NCBI GenBank assembly: GCA_035650735.1
Contig: DASRGZ010000143.1
Coordinates: 1 to 64,000 of the forward strand
DNA length: 64,000 bases
Direction of reading: 5' to 3'
DNA from: Chthonomonadaceae bacterium
Lineage (GTDB): Bacteria > Armatimonadota > Chthonomonadetes > Chthonomonadales > Chthonomonadaceae
A model generated the notes under the pieces. It had not been told where the DNA came from. It was given only the letters and a program-made list of their open reading frames with translations, and searched no databases. The translations under genes were made by a program, and so were the position numbers. Positions 9,131-19,836 of the stretch are shown in pieces; position 1 is the first letter of the stretch; each line of letters opens with the position of its first letter.

Positions 9131-9328
9131 ATGCCACAGTATCAGCAGCACAAGAAAGGGCAGGCCCGGATCCGCATTCTCTCTAAGGATGCGACCCGCG
9201 TCTATCTGTTACTGATGCAGAAGACCGGCGGCAAGCTGCAGGCGCTTCCCAACGATGTCTACGTCGTCGAGGAGAAGATCCTGCCTATTCTGAACGAGAA
9301 CCAGATCGAGTATGAGGTATTGGCCTAA
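9131..9328 (+). CDS. Small hypothetical protein (65 aa)
   Basis: GAGGAG RBS, protein-like composition, upstream of pyrG. Confidence 0.65.
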   Translation: MPQYQQHKKGQARIRILSKDATRVYLLLMQKTGGKLQALPNDVYVVEEKILPILNENQIEYEVLA

Positions 9329-9404
9329 AGGCAGGGGCGGAGGCCCTCTGCCGAATAAGCCTACTCGGGTCCGTAGTGGCCGGTGAGCAGAAGGAGTGAA
9401 GAGC

Positions 9405-11222
9405 GTGAGCAGTAAGACGAAGTATATCTTTGTGACCGGAGGCGTCGTCAGCAGCATCGGCAAAGGGATCACGACAGCCAGCCTGGGACGGCTCCTGCGC
9501 AATCGGGGATTTAACGTCACTCTGCAAAAACTGGACCCGTACATCAACGTGGATGCGGATACCATGAACCCCTACCAGCACGGCGAGGCGTTCGTCACCG
9601 ACGACGGGGCCGTGACCGATCTGGACCTGGGGCACTATGAGCGGTTCGTAGACATCAACCTGACCAAGAAGGCCAGCGTCACCACCGGCAGCGTCTACCG
9701 TACCGTGATCGAGAAAGAGCGGCGCGGCGACTACCTGGGCGCGACCGTGCAGATGATCCCCCACGTTACCGGCGAGATCAAGGAGCGTATTAAAGACGCG
9801 GCGAAGGGACGCAACGGCGAGCCCGACGCGGACGTGGTCATCGCGGAGGTGGGCGGCACGGTCGGCGACATCGAGGGACTGCCGTTCCTGGAGGCTATCC
9901 GCCAGTTCCGCAAGGACGTGGGCCACGAGAACGTGATGTATATCCACATCACCCTGATCCCCTACGTCGGCCCCTGGGGCGAGGTCAAGACCAAGCCCAC
10001 CCAGCACAGCGTTATCAAGCTGCGCGAGATCGGTATCCAGCCGGACGTGCTGATCTGCCGCACGCGCCTGCCCATCTCTCAGGAGATGAAGAACAAGATT
10101 TCCCTCTTCTGCGACGTCGAGCCCGAGGCCGTCGTGGAGGCGCAGGACACAGATACCATCTACGAGGTGCCGTTAACGTTTGAGGAGGCCGGCCTGGCGG
10201 ATCTGGTGGTGCGGCGGCTGGGGCTGCCCGTGCGCGAGCCGGACCTGGCCGAATGGAGGCAGATCGTCGCGCGGATCAAGCGGCCCCACTATGTGGTGGA
10301 CGTGGCGGTCGTCGGGAAGTATATTGACAACGGCGACGCCTATATCTCCATCGCGGAGGCGCTCAAGCACGGCGGCATCGCCAACGACGCCCGCGTCAAC
10401 CTCCACTGGGTAGACAGCGAGGAACTGGAGCAGGTACCCGCTTCCGAGGCGCTGGCCGGCGTGGACGCGATCCTGGTCGCTCCGGGCTTCGGGGCGCGCG
10501 GCGTGGAGGGCAAGGTCGCAGCCGCCCACTACGCCCGCACCAACAACATTCCCTTCCTGGGCGTCTGCTACGGGATGCAGATGGCGGTGGTGGAGTTTGC
10601 CCGCCACGTCGCCGGGCTGGAGGGCGCCCACTCGGAGGAGGTCGTCCCCGACGCGCCGCACCCGCTGATCCATATCCTGCCCGACCAGAAAGACATTGTG
10701 GATAAGGGCGCGACCATGCGCCTGGGCTCCTACAAGTGCCAGCTTCTCGCCGGCTCGCTGGCGGAAAAGCTTTACGGGACGTCGCATGTCCACGAGCGGC
10801 ACCGCCACCGCTATGAGCTTAACAACGAGTATCGCGAGCAGTTGGCGCGGCTCGGCATGGTCTGCTCCGGCCTCTCGCCCGACTACCGGCTGGTCGAGAT
10901 AATTGAAATACCCGCCCATCCCTATTTCATCGCCACGCAATTCCATCCGGAGTTCCGCTCCCGTCCCAACCGCGCCCATCCGCTCTTTAGCGGCCTGATC
11001 GCGGCGGCCCTCCAGCGCCATCGTCGCCTTTACGCGCCAGAGCCAGAGAGCGCGGCGGAGTGCGAGACAGACGCGCCCGCAAAAGCCGTCCTCGCCGTGC
11101 AGCGACGCGAAGCCGCCAACGGCAGCGAGAGCGAAGCCGCCAACGGCAGCGAGAGCGAAACCACCCAGCGCAACGGGCGCGGCGACTTCAATGCCGAAGC
11201 GGCAGAGGCCCTGGAGCTCTAA
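9405..11222 (+). CDS. pyrG: CTP synthase with C-terminal extension
   Basis: [55 protein letters not shown]. Confidence 0.97.
   Translation: MSSKTKYIFVTGGVVSSIGKGITTASLGRLLRNRGFNVTLQKLDPYINVDADTMNPYQHGEAFVTDDGAVTDLDLGHYERFVDINLTKKASVTTGSVYRTVIEKERRGDYLGATVQMIPHVTGEIKERIKDAAKGRNGEPDADVVIAEVGGTVGDIEGLPFLEAIRQFRKDVGHENVMYIHITLIPYVGPWGEVKTKPTQHSVIKLREIGIQPDVLICRTRLPISQEMKNKISLFCDVEPEAVVEAQDTDTIYEVPLTFEEAGLADLVVRRLGLPVREPDLAEWRQIVARIKRPHYVVDVAVVGKYIDNGDAYISIAEALKHGGIANDARVNLHWVDSEELEQVPASEALAGVDAILVAPGFGARGVEGKVAAAHYARTNNIPFLGVCYGMQMAVVEFARHVAGLEGAHSEEVVPDAPHPLIHILPDQKDIVDKGATMRLGSYKCQLLAGSLAEKLYGTSHVHERHRHRYELNNEYREQLARLGMVCSGLSPDYRLVEIIEIPAHPYFIATQFHPEFRSRPNRAHPLFSGLIAAALQRHRRLYAPEPESAAECETDAPAKAVLAVQRREAANGSESEAANGSESETTQRNGRGDFNAEAAEALEL
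11107..11159 (+). repeat. 24-bp in-frame tandem duplication in the pyrG tail (EAANGSES x2)
   Basis: GCGAAGCCGCCAACGGCAGCGAGA twice plus a partial unit. Confidence 0.85.
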
Positions 11223-11261
11223 AGGCCCGATTCGCGCAAGTCTGGGACGAGGAGCGTTCTC

Positions 11262-13865
11262 GTGAGCGAAGCGGTCTGGCAGGCGCAATGGATCTGGGGC
11301 CCGGAGGCGGAAGGCCGCTATTTCTACTTCCGGCGCGCGTTTGAGGTAGGCGAGGCCGAGGTTCAATCCGCGACCCTGCGGGTTTGCGCGGACACGCGCT
11401 ACCGGCTCTGGCTCAACGGGCAGCTACTCGGGCACGGCCCGGCCCGCAGCGATCCCGCCTGGCAGTACTACGATGAGTACGATATAGGCAGGCAGCTTAG
11501 GCCAGGCCAGAACGTGCTCGCCGCGCTGGTAACCCACTACGGCATCGGCACCTGCTATTCCCGCCTGGGGCGGCCCGGCTTTCTCCTGCAAGCCGAGATT
11601 GTACTGGCGCATGGCACGACATTGACCGTCGCCACAGACGGAGAGTGGAAATCGGCCCCCGCGCCCTACGAGACCGGTTACGCGCGCATGAGCATCCAGC
11701 TAGCCTATCCTGAGGTCTTCGATGCGCGCCGCGAACCCGCCAACTGGAATCTGCCCGGATTTGACGACAGCGATTGGCCAAATGCGGAGGTGCTTGGCCC
11801 CGTCGGAATGGCGCCCTGGACGACACTGATGCCCCGCGATATTCCCCTGCCCTATTACCGGGCCATTGCGCCGGCGCGGATGATCCAGATCAACGCCGTA
11901 TCGTCCTCACCCCCTGACTCCCCTTCTCTGACGCCTGCCGAAGTCATGGAGCGCGCCACGCGCTTGCAGCCGGCCCCGCCTGGCAGCGTCACCTACACCC
12001 ATCCGGCGCTGTTTACCGTCGCGCCGCAGTCCGGCGATGCCGGCGTCTCCGTCGTGCTGGATTTCGGCAGGGAAGTGAGCGGCTTTCCGCTGCTGGTGGT
12101 GCGGCGGGGTGGGGGCGGGCGCGTGGATATCGGCTACAGTGAGCGCATTGAGGCCGACGGCACGGTCAACCCGAACCGCTGGGGCGGCTGCGGTGTGCAC
12201 TACGCCGACCGGCTGCTTATGCGGCCCGGCTACCAGCGCTACGAGCCGCTGGACCATCGCGCCTTCCGCTATCTGCGCCTGGACTTCTATGACTGCCCGG
12301 AGTCCGTCGAAATGCTGGTCGAGATGACCACCAGCGGCTATCCGGTGGCGTATCGGGGCGACTTCCAATGCGCGGATGCGCTCCTACAGCGTATCTGGGA
12401 GGTGGGCCGCTACACCACGGAGCTTTGCATGGATGATGGCTTCCTGGATACCCCGTGGCGGGAGCGCGGCCAGTGGCTAGCCGATGCGCGGGTGGAGGCG
12501 CTGACGGCGGCCTACGCCTTCGGGGATACCGCGCTCGCCCGCAAAGCCCTCTTGCAGTACCCCCAGTCCCAGGACGAAACCGGCTGGTTCCGGGGCCTCT
12601 TTCCCGCCGACCCGCCGTTCAACGCCATTTTGCCGACCTTCTGCTGCCTCTGGCCGGTCGCACTGTGGGAGTACTTCCTGCTGACCGGCGACCGCTCGCT
12701 GCTGGAGGCCGTCTGGCCCAACGTCGAGCGGCTGGTGGCAGCCCTTGCCAATGCCCGCAATGAAGGCGGCTTGCTCGCCGACCTGCCCGGATGGATTTTC
12801 GTGGATTGGGCGTCCCTAGACACGAGCGGGCAATCTACCGCCGTCAACGCCCTGGCCTACGACGCCCTGCACGCCGCGGCCCGGATCGCCCGCGCGCTGG
12901 GCTATCCCGACCGGGGCGGCGACCTTCAGATCCTGGCCGAGGACATCAAGGAGGCCGTCAACGATCTGCTCTGGGACAATGCGCGCGGCGTCTATGTAGA
13001 TGGCATCGTCCACGGAGAGCGCTCCAGCGTGGTCAGCGAGCAGGCCAATGTGCTCGCGGCGCTTGTGGGCGTTGCGGACGCCCGGCAGACGGAGCGCATC
13101 CTCGCAGCGCTCTTTGCCAGGCCGCGTACCGTCGAAATGGTGCCCATCGCCACGCCCTACTTTGCCTTCTACCTGCTGCGCCTGCTCTTCAAGCAGGGAC
13201 GGCATGAGCAGGCGTTGGAGTATATCCGCGAGCGGTGGGGCCGTATGCTGGAGCGGGGCGCGACGACGTTCTGGGAGCAGTGGGAGCCGCACTGGAGCCT
13301 CTGCCACGCCTGGAGCGCCGGCCCCACCTACGACCTGATGGCCGAGATCGCGGGCATCCGTCCCCTGCAGCCCGGCTTTGAAGAGTTCACCGTGGATCTG
13401 CGTCCCGGCCCGCTCTCCTGGCTGCGTTCGGTCGTGCCCACGCCCTATGGCGACATCGCCGTTGCCTATCACTACCGCACGGAGACGCCGCAGAGAGACC
13501 CGATAGGGCAGGCCGTGCCGTTGGGCGCAACGGAGCCTGCCATTGCCGTCAGCCTTACCATCCCGACCGGAACGCGCGCCCACGTGCGCTTTCCCTTGCG
13601 CGGCCTGAACGCGCCCACCATCCGGTTAAACGGCAAGCCGGTCTGGGAAGCGGGCCGGCCCGTGCCGCCCAGCGGAGAGAAGTTTGCGCGCGAAGGGGAC
13701 GCCCTCACCTTCGCCATTCTGGGCGGGCGCTACCATATCGAAATAGCGCGATCCGGCCCGGCGTCGAAACAGCAGGGACAAATGCTTACCTTCGGTATGT
13801 TTCCTCAACTTCAAGCGCTCACCGAAGAAGACTTTAAAAGCGCCGAGTGGCACGGCGAGGATTGA
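11262..13865 (+). CDS. GH78 alpha-L-rhamnosidase family protein
   Basis: AQWIW..YFRRAF, DFGRE, DTPWRERGQWLAD, GATTFWEQW, SLCHAWSAGP, TPYG. Confidence 0.88.
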   Translation: MSEAVWQAQWIWGPEAEGRYFYFRRAFEVGEAEVQSATLRVCADTRYRLWLNGQLLGHGPARSDPAWQYYDEYDIGRQLRPGQNVLAALVTHYGIGTCYSRLGRPGFLLQAEIVLAHGTTLTVATDGEWKSAPAPYETGYARMSIQLAYPEVFDARREPANWNLPGFDDSDWPNAEVLGPVGMAPWTTLMPRDIPLPYYRAIAPARMIQINAVSSSPPDSPSLTPAEVMERATRLQPAPPGSVTYTHPALFTVAPQSGDAGVSVVLDFGREVSGFPLLVVRRGGGGRVDIGYSERIEADGTVNPNRWGGCGVHYADRLLMRPGYQRYEPLDHRAFRYLRLDFYDCPESVEMLVEMTTSGYPVAYRGDFQCADALLQRIWEVGRYTTELCMDDGFLDTPWRERGQWLADARVEALTAAYAFGDTALARKALLQYPQSQDETGWFRGLFPADPPFNAILPTFCCLWPVALWEYFLLTGDRSLLEAVWPNVERLVAALANARNEGGLLADLPGWIFVDWASLDTSGQSTAVNALAYDALHAAARIARALGYPDRGGDLQILAEDIKEAVNDLLWDNARGVYVDGIVHGERSSVVSEQANVLAALVGVADARQTERILAALFARPRTVEMVPIATPYFAFYLLRLLFKQGRHEQALEYIRERWGRMLERGATTFWEQWEPHWSLCHAWSAGPTYDLMAEIAGIRPLQPGFEEFTVDLRPGPLSWLRSVVPTPYGDIAVAYHYRTETPQRDPIGQAVPLGATEPAIAVSLTIPTGTRAHVRFPLRGLNAPTIRLNGKPVWEAGRPVPPSGEKFAREGDALTFAILGGRYHIEIARSGPASKQQGQMLTFGMFPQLQALTEEDFKSAEWHGED

Positions 13866-13879
13866 GGGGTTTAAAAGCT

Positions 13880-14115
13880 GCGCCCGGCCCTAAAGGACCG
13901 GGCTGTGGACGGCAAGCCCCGTAAACGGGGCTGTGTAAGGTGGATCGGTTCCTACCAGAGGCAAGGGCATCCATGCACTCCGTCTAGAGAGCCGTCCGCA
14001 GGGGCTCACCCACCTCTCGTAGCCCGCTTGAGCGGGCTTGCCCACTGCAAGGGGCGGCCCTACAACGGTTCGGGCCTCCGCCTTGCGACACAGCCCATCC
14101 CTTTAGGGGTAGGCT
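13880..14115. repeat. Palindromic REP/MITE-like element
   Basis: Imperfect terminal inverted repeats (CCCTAAAGG..GGGCTGTG / CACAGCCC..CCTTTAGGG); internal hairpins AGCCCCGTAAACGGGGCT and AGCCCGCTTGAGCGGGCT. Confidence 0.6.
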
Positions 14116-14120
14116 GAATG

Positions 14121-14156
14121 AAAAGCCGCGCCTTGTGCAGACGCGGCTCGTTTTTT
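14121..14156. terminator. Bidirectional intrinsic terminator
   Basis: AAAAGCCGCG..CGCGGCT..TTTTTT between convergent genes. Confidence 0.6.
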
Positions 14157-14177
14157 GGTTATACGAGGAAATGAACC

Positions 14178-15035
14178 TTACTGAATCTGGCTGCCGGGAA
14201 TGTCCACGGGGACTTTGCCGCAGTCAAACCGATCCGTAAGCGGGCTGCCATCCGGAACGGGGTTCCAGGCACCCCAGAGCGAACCGTCCGTATGGCTCCA
14301 GTCGTAGCCGGGGAACTTATGCAGCCCGGCGAAATCCTTGTGGTCGCCCGCCGAAGTGCCCATAGCACCGGAGGACTCCCACGGGGTGGACTTCACATGG
14401 CCGTCCGCATAGAGGAAGTTGCCCTGATGATTATGGCGCCAGGCCGTCTCACTCTCGGCGTCGTTGACTGCGCACCAGTTCCAGCTCGGGCGAGGGTCAT
14501 CGCCCCAGGTCGCCGGACTTGCTGCACAGTTGTCGCGCTCGGTCAGGTAGATGGTCTGCGCCGGCTTCGGCACGCCCGCCAGGCGGTTCGGAGGCGTATT
14601 GGGGCACCAGTTGCCGCCCATGTTGCCGGGCATGGAGTAAGAGCGGACCACGCCGCCGCCCCCCTTGGGAAACACGTTGGTTCCCGGAGTTTTGTCGCTG
14701 GGACAGCCCGTGAGCATACCATTCTTGACGTATGGTTGGATCAGGCGATCCCATGATTCGTCGAAGCCCTGAGCATCGGAGTACCATCCCGGGCTGCCAC
14801 CGGCAAGGGTACCACCATCAGGCCCCCAGGGAAGATGCCAGGGAACCAACTGCTCGTCATAGTCCTGAGCGTACATCAATAAGCCCAGACCGGTCTGCTT
14901 GAGGTTAGAGAGGCAGGTTGTTTTGCGGGCGGCTTCGCGCGCCTGCGCGAACACCGGGAAGAGAATGGCTGCCAGGATGGCGATAATCGCGATGACGACG
15001 AGCAACTCAATCAGTGTAAAGCCTTTCTTGTGCAT
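14178..15035 (-). CDS. Prepilin-type N-terminal cleavage/methylation protein, DUF1559/H-X9-DG
   Basis: [49 protein letters not shown]. Confidence 0.92.
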   Translation of the reverse strand: MHKKGFTLIELLVVIAIIAILAAILFPVFAQAREAARKTTCLSNLKQTGLGLLMYAQDYDEQLVPWHLPWGPDGGTLAGGSPGWYSDAQGFDESWDRLIQPYVKNGMLTGCPSDKTPGTNVFPKGGGGVVRSYSMPGNMGGNWCPNTPPNRLAGVPKPAQTIYLTERDNCAASPATWGDDPRPSWNWCAVNDAESETAWRHNHQGNFLYADGHVKSTPWESSGAMGTSAGDHKDFAGLHKFPGYDWSHTDGSLWGAWNPVPDGSPLTDRFDCGKVPVDIPGSQIQ

Positions 15036-15093
15036 ATCGGTTTCCTTTCTAAGGACACTTGCGAAACTACCGCTAATCACGGAAATCACGGTA

Positions 15094-15381
15094 TTACTGC
15101 GGTGCGGAGGTAGCGCCGCCAGCATTGGCCGCGTTGCCCCCGGTGTTGGCTGAGGGACTGTACGCGCCGGGTATTCGCATTTTCATGGCCTGCTCCGGTG
15201 TTATCCGCCCACCAGGCTTTCCGCCTCCACCGGGCATGCCGGTTTCTGCTGCTGGGTGCCCGGCCCCCTGGCCTGGATAGTCCGGTTTCTCTGTGCTGGC
15301 ACGGAAGAGAAAGAAACCGGCGATAGCCACGACGATAATTAGAGCGACGACGACGATGGCCGGGTTGATCTGTTTGTCCAC
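15094..15381 (-). CDS. Small single-TM Pro/Gly-rich protein next to the pilin-like gene
   Basis: AAGGAGGTG RBS, GTG 15381; MDKQINP, hydrophobic helix, G/P-rich tail. Confidence 0.75.
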   Translation of the reverse strand: MDKQINPAIVVVALIIVVAIAGFFLFRASTEKPDYPGQGAGHPAAETGMPGGGGKPGGRITPEQAMKMRIPGAYSPSANTGGNAANAGGATSAPQ

Positions 15382-15665
15382 GAATTCACCTCCTTTCTTT
15401 GGGTCGGGAAAAATGAAGTCCATTCGCTGTGAGCCGAAGGGTTAGACTCAATTTCGGAACATGAGGCGAGAACGGCTGTGCGCCAGGCTCACAGGGAAAA
15501 TAGAGCAAGACGAGAAAGGCAAGAAAGCTTCAACGGAGGGGCCAGCGCAGGAAGGAGACACGCAGGTCAAAAGGTTCGCATCCTCATTGCCGATGCGGCG
15601 GTATGAGGTAACAGAAAGCCTCCCAAAAAACATTGCCTCGCTCCTCGCCGTTGAAGCGTGCGGCA

Positions 15666-15768
15666 GTGTCAAGCTAAGCAAAAAAGAAAACCGTCTGCGC
15701 GCCACAGACAACAAGAGCGCCATTCAATCCGCGCGTGTCAAGCTAAGCAAAAAGAAAACCGTCTGCGC
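15666..15768. repeat. Two-unit direct repeat of about 35 bp (69-bp period) in the divergent promoter region
   Basis: GTGTCAAGCTAAGCAAAAA(A)GAAAACCGTCTGCGC at 15666 and 15735. Confidence 0.85.
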
Positions 15769-15975
15769 TGCCGCGTGGCCTCTTCGAGCCGAATACAACG
15801 GTGATAGCATTATAAACCGAAACGAGTGAGGATTGCAAGCACTAATTTTGTGCTTATTTTGAAGCCGTTCGCCGGACTGCGAACGGAGGAGAAACCGGCG
15901 CTGAGGATGAATACCCCGGCAGAAATGCTGTCTTGCGGCAGCGATCACACCACCGGCAGAGAGGACAGGAGTTCC

Positions 15976-17142
15976 ATGAGCGACTATACCCCGCAAAAGA
16001 GCGACAAGTTTACCTTTGGCCTGTGGACGGTCGGCAATATCGGGCGCGACCCCTTCGGCGATGCCGTCCGCCCTCCGCTCAATCCCACCTATAGCGTCGA
16101 GAAGCTGGCCCAATTGGGAGCCTACGGCGTCAACCTGCACGACAACGACCTCGTGCCCATTGATGCCGCGCCCGCCGAGCGCGACCGCATCGTGGCGGAG
16201 TTCAAGAAGGCTGTCGAGGATAACGGCCTGAAAGTGCCGATGGCGACCACCAACCTGTTCTATGATCCCGTCTTCAAGGACGGCGCCTTCACCGCCAACG
16301 ACCCGAAGGTGCGTGCCTACGCCGTGCAGAAGACCATGCGGGCGATGGACTTGGGCGCGGAGCTCGGCGCGGAGGTCTACGTCTTCTGGGGCGGGCGCGA
16401 GGGTGTCGAGACCGAGGCCAGCAAAGATGCGCGCGACGCCCTGAAGCGGATGCGCGAGTGTCTGAACTTTCTGGCCGAATACGACATTGCGCAGGGCTAT
16501 AACATGAAGTTTGCCCTGGAGCCCAAGCCCAATGAGCCGCGGGGCGACCTCTATCTGCCTACCGTCGGCGCGATGCTCGGTTTCATCACGACGCTGGACC
16601 GGCCTGAAAAGTTCGGCCTCAACCCGGAATATGCCCACGAGACGATGGCGGGCCTCAACTTCGTCCACGCCGTGGCCCAGGCCATTGACGCGGGCAAGCT
16701 GTTCCACATTGACCTCAACGGCCAGAAGCCCAGCCGCTATGACCAGGACTATCGGTTCGGCGCAGAGGATATTAAAGCTAACTTCTTCCTGATCAAGCTG
16801 CTGGAGGACAGCGGCTACCAGGGTATGCGCCACTTCGACGCACACGCCTACCGCACTGAGGACGAGGGCGGGGTCTGGGAGTTTGCGAAGGGCTGCATGC
16901 GGACGTACCTGATTTTGAAGGAGAAGGCACAGAAATTTAACCAGGATGCCGAGATTCAGGGGCTTATCCGGGAGCTCAATGCCGACCCGGAGGGCCTCGC
17001 GCCACTGCTCGGCTCCTACTCCAAAGCGAATGCGGACCGAATCGGCGCGCTCAATCTGGACCGCGTTGCCCTCGGCAAAAGAGGCTACAGTTACGAAAAG
17101 CTCGATCAACTGACTACCGAGCTGCTGTTGGGCCTGCGGTAG
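15976..17142 (+). CDS. xylA: Xylose isomerase (class I type)
   Basis: [54 protein letters not shown]. Confidence 0.96.
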   Translation: MSDYTPQKSDKFTFGLWTVGNIGRDPFGDAVRPPLNPTYSVEKLAQLGAYGVNLHDNDLVPIDAAPAERDRIVAEFKKAVEDNGLKVPMATTNLFYDPVFKDGAFTANDPKVRAYAVQKTMRAMDLGAELGAEVYVFWGGREGVETEASKDARDALKRMRECLNFLAEYDIAQGYNMKFALEPKPNEPRGDLYLPTVGAMLGFITTLDRPEKFGLNPEYAHETMAGLNFVHAVAQAIDAGKLFHIDLNGQKPSRYDQDYRFGAEDIKANFFLIKLLEDSGYQGMRHFDAHAYRTEDEGGVWEFAKGCMRTYLILKEKAQKFNQDAEIQGLIRELNADPEGLAPLLGSYSKANADRIGALNLDRVALGKRGYSYEKLDQLTTELLLGLR

Positions 17143-17174
17143 CACGCTGCCTCATCCGCGTAGCCCCCACCTTG

Positions 17175-17357
17175 GCCTGCCGCTAGAGGGCGCATAGCGC
17201 CCGTCGCCCACCTACGTGGGCGAGAAGCACATTTTGCCCGCGTCGGCAGTGCCCATAGAGCATGATGGTGACGACCCTGGCGTGTCACCGGGTATTCTGC
17301 CTGCGCAGGCAGGCAGCGGGCCGTAGGCCCCACAGCGGCAGGGTTTAGCCTGCCGCT
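17175..17357. repeat. Multi-hairpin intergenic element, copy 1
   Basis: Hairpins GCGGCAGGGTTTAGCCTGCCGC and CGCCCACCTACGTGGGCG; inverted copy at 22648-22847, partial copy at 39279-39342. Confidence 0.8.
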
Positions 17358-17574
17358 ATAGGGGGTTAGGTCTTCTGGAGTGAAAAACGGTTCCGTCTCC
17401 TTGCTGTCACGGGAAAACTCCGCCGACGTTATCAAGCGGTAGAAAAGGCGCAGCACGCGGTTTCGGGAATCCGGGGCGCGGGGAAACAATAAGGACATCC
17501 GCCACTCTCACCCCGGCCCGGCGACTGCGCCCGGATAAGCTTTCGGAAACTCGGATCGGCAAGGAGATATTTCG

Positions 17575-18066
17575 ATGAATCGTACCCATCGTTTGACCGC
17601 GCTGGCGCTCGCCGCCGTCATGGGCGTCGGGATCGTGACCGCCCCCCTTGCGGCGCGGGCCAGCGAACAAGGACGCCGCAACACGGCTATCGCCCTCGGC
17701 GCGGCGGCAGTAGGCCTGCTCCTGACGCAGAAGAACAAGCTGCCCGGCATCGTTGCCGGTGTCGGAGCGGCCTATGCCTACAAGCGCTATAATGATGCGG
17801 TGAGCGACCGCCATCGCCGCGAACGCGAGTACGGCTACTACGACGATAACGACTATTATCGTCAGGATCGCTACCGCTATCATCGCGACCGGAACGACTA
17901 TGGCGATTACGATGATCGCAACTATCGGGACGACAACTATCGCCGCAATGATGACAATTGCCGCGACAACGGCTATTCGGACAATGGCTACTACGGCAAC
18001 GATTACCGCAGCAGCCGGACGGCCCGGCGCGGTCATTCTCGTTACTATACCTATCGCGGCCGGTAA
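17575..18066 (+). CDS. Secreted protein with glycine-zipper-like segment and D/Y/R/N-rich tail
   Basis: AAGGAG RBS, signal peptide, GAAAVG..AGVGAA, low-complexity YDDNDYYR-like tail. Confidence 0.8.
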   Translation: MNRTHRLTALALAAVMGVGIVTAPLAARASEQGRRNTAIALGAAAVGLLLTQKNKLPGIVAGVGAAYAYKRYNDAVSDRHRREREYGYYDDNDYYRQDRYRYHRDRNDYGDYDDRNYRDDNYRRNDDNCRDNGYSDNGYYGNDYRSSRTARRGHSRYYTYRGR

Positions 18067-18081
18067 TCCCTCTATTCCTCA

Positions 18082-18154
18082 GCAGCAACGCCTTGCATCA
18101 AGCCACAGATAAGACCGGCATTTCCAGCCGGAGGGTCTGATGCAAGGCGTTCTG
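18082..18154. terminator. Long inverted repeat between convergent genes
   Basis: AACGCCTTGCATCA...TGATGCAAGGCGTT. Confidence 0.5.
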
Positions 18155-18156
18155 CT

Positions 18157-19359
18157 TTAACCTGGCGACCTCTCCGACCTCTCACCACAGCCTACCTGCT
18201 CCAGTCGCGCCTCCTGCGCGCAGAGGATATCCGCGATGTCCGTCTCCAAGATGCGCTCCAGTCCCTGCGGGCCGCGTCGGGCATGGATGAGGCCGGAATG
18301 GGAAATATGCAGGTCTTCCAGCGTTTTGCCCGGCTTGAGCGTGCCCCAGTCCGGCACATCCAGTACCGGATACCAGCACAGGCCCCGCAGCGGCAGCCCT
18401 TCCTGCAAGGCAGCGACGGCCCAATCCGTCATCTGCGTGATCCAGGGGCCGCGCTCATCGCCGCGCACGCTGGTTTCCGTCACCAGCACGGGCTTCTGGC
18501 CGTAGCGCTCCCGGAAGAGGCGCAACGCCTCGGTCAGCGAGATGCGGCGCGGATCGTCCATCGGCAGCATCCGCCGATCATAGTGGTGCGTGTGCGGCTC
18601 CCAGTAGCACTCGACCTGCCCATCGGCATAAAAGTTCATGCCTAGAATGTCCGTCCAATCGCAAAGGCGGTCGGCAGCCTCCAGGGCCGCATTGCGCCAG
18701 AAGGCCGCCTCCTCTAGGCTGTCGGGATCGTCTTCACTGCCGACGGCATAGTAGAAGGGGTCAATCATCAGGATCTGGATGCCGGGCAGGATCTGTTTGG
18801 CGCGCTCATAGCAGCGGCGATGGGCCGCCATCAAGCGCTCTTTAAGCGGGTGTCCCTCGTCCCGCACGAACGGGTACCAACTGCCCAGCGTTGACACGTG
18901 CCAGGTATAGTAGGAGATCTCGTTGATCGGGCAGACGAGAACGTCGGCGATGCCGTGCGCCTGGAGCCACTCCAGATGGCGCGCGCCGAAATCGGCCAGT
19001 CTCTCCGGGAAGTTCTCGTTAAGGGGATTGACAAAGGTGGGGCAGCCATAGTGCATCCAGGACCAGACGATCTGTACGTTCTGGTCGCGCGCAGCCTCGA
19101 TCATGGGCTCCAGCGGCGCAAAGTCGTAGCGTCCTGGCTCCGGCTCGCACAGATGCCAGCGCGCGTCCTCGCGCGTCCAGCGCATCCCCAGGCGAGCCAG
19201 CAGGCGATAGTCCAGATCCGCGTGGCTGTCATGCTGGGTGGCGACAACAAGGTCTATGCGTTGGGTTTGGTCCCCGGAGTGCACCAGGGGCGAGATGGAA
19301 TCAAAGCCCCCTCCCCAAAACGATCCCAGGAGGGGGCATGGCTGGACTTGCGCGCTCAT
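18157..19359 (-). CDS. GH1-like (clan GH-A) glycoside hydrolase
   Basis: FWGGGFD, HYGCP, PINEIS (acid/base), VTETS (nucleophile), CWYP. Confidence 0.75.
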   Translation of the reverse strand: MSAQVQPCPLLGSFWGGGFDSISPLVHSGDQTQRIDLVVATQHDSHADLDYRLLARLGMRWTREDARWHLCEPEPGRYDFAPLEPMIEAARDQNVQIVWSWMHYGCPTFVNPLNENFPERLADFGARHLEWLQAHGIADVLVCPINEISYYTWHVSTLGSWYPFVRDEGHPLKERLMAAHRRCYERAKQILPGIQILMIDPFYYAVGSEDDPDSLEEAAFWRNAALEAADRLCDWTDILGMNFYADGQVECYWEPHTHHYDRRMLPMDDPRRISLTEALRLFRERYGQKPVLVTETSVRGDERGPWITQMTDWAVAALQEGLPLRGLCWYPVLDVPDWGTLKPGKTLEDLHISHSGLIHARRGPQGLERILETDIADILCAQEARLEQVGCGERSERSPG

Positions 19360-19802
19360 TCCGTCTCTTCGATAAGAACCTCTTCAATAACCTCTGCCTG
19401 CGTGGCGGTGACGCCTTCGCGGGCATAGTGGCGCAGAGTCGCCAGCCCCGCTTCCTGCATGATGGTGACGCCTTCGCGGGCATGGTGGCGCAGGGTCGCC
19501 AACTCCGCCGCCACTTGTCGGCGTTTATCCTCGGCTTCGGCAGGGCGGCTCTGCTGCATCTGCATCGCCTCCATATTCGCCTTCAGGCTCATCAGATTGG
19601 CGCGGTGGCGCAGTGCCGCCTCGATGAAGGCCGCCCCATGGAGCAGGCAGATCGGGCAGACATCGCCAATTGCCTTGCCGGCGCCATCCTGGGCTTTGCC
19701 ATCCATACCCATGGGCGCATAGTCCATGTCGCAGACATAGCAGCGTCGGAACTGCTGGGAGAGCGTGCCTAGATCGTGGTCGGTGCGAATGGTAACCTGC
19801 AT
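19356..19802 (-). CDS. Zinc-ribbon (CxxC-24-CxxC) plus helical-tail hypothetical protein
   Basis: RCYVC..IGDVCPIC; 57-bp duplication encoding LATLRH(H/Y)AREGVT; paralog at 61307-61690. Confidence 0.7.
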   Translation of the reverse strand: MQVTIRTDHDLGTLSQQFRRCYVCDMDYAPMGMDGKAQDGAGKAIGDVCPICLLHGAAFIEAALRHRANLMSLKANMEAMQMQQSRPAEAEDKRRQVAAELATLRHHAREGVTIMQEAGLATLRHYAREGVTATQAEVIEEVLIEETE

Positions 19803-19836
19803 GAGTTCCTCCGTGAAGATAAAGGGCTGTTATAGA

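Noticed and set aside
15666..15768. CRISPR array
   Set aside because: Only two units, an indel in the A-run, no third repeat and no cas genes in the window
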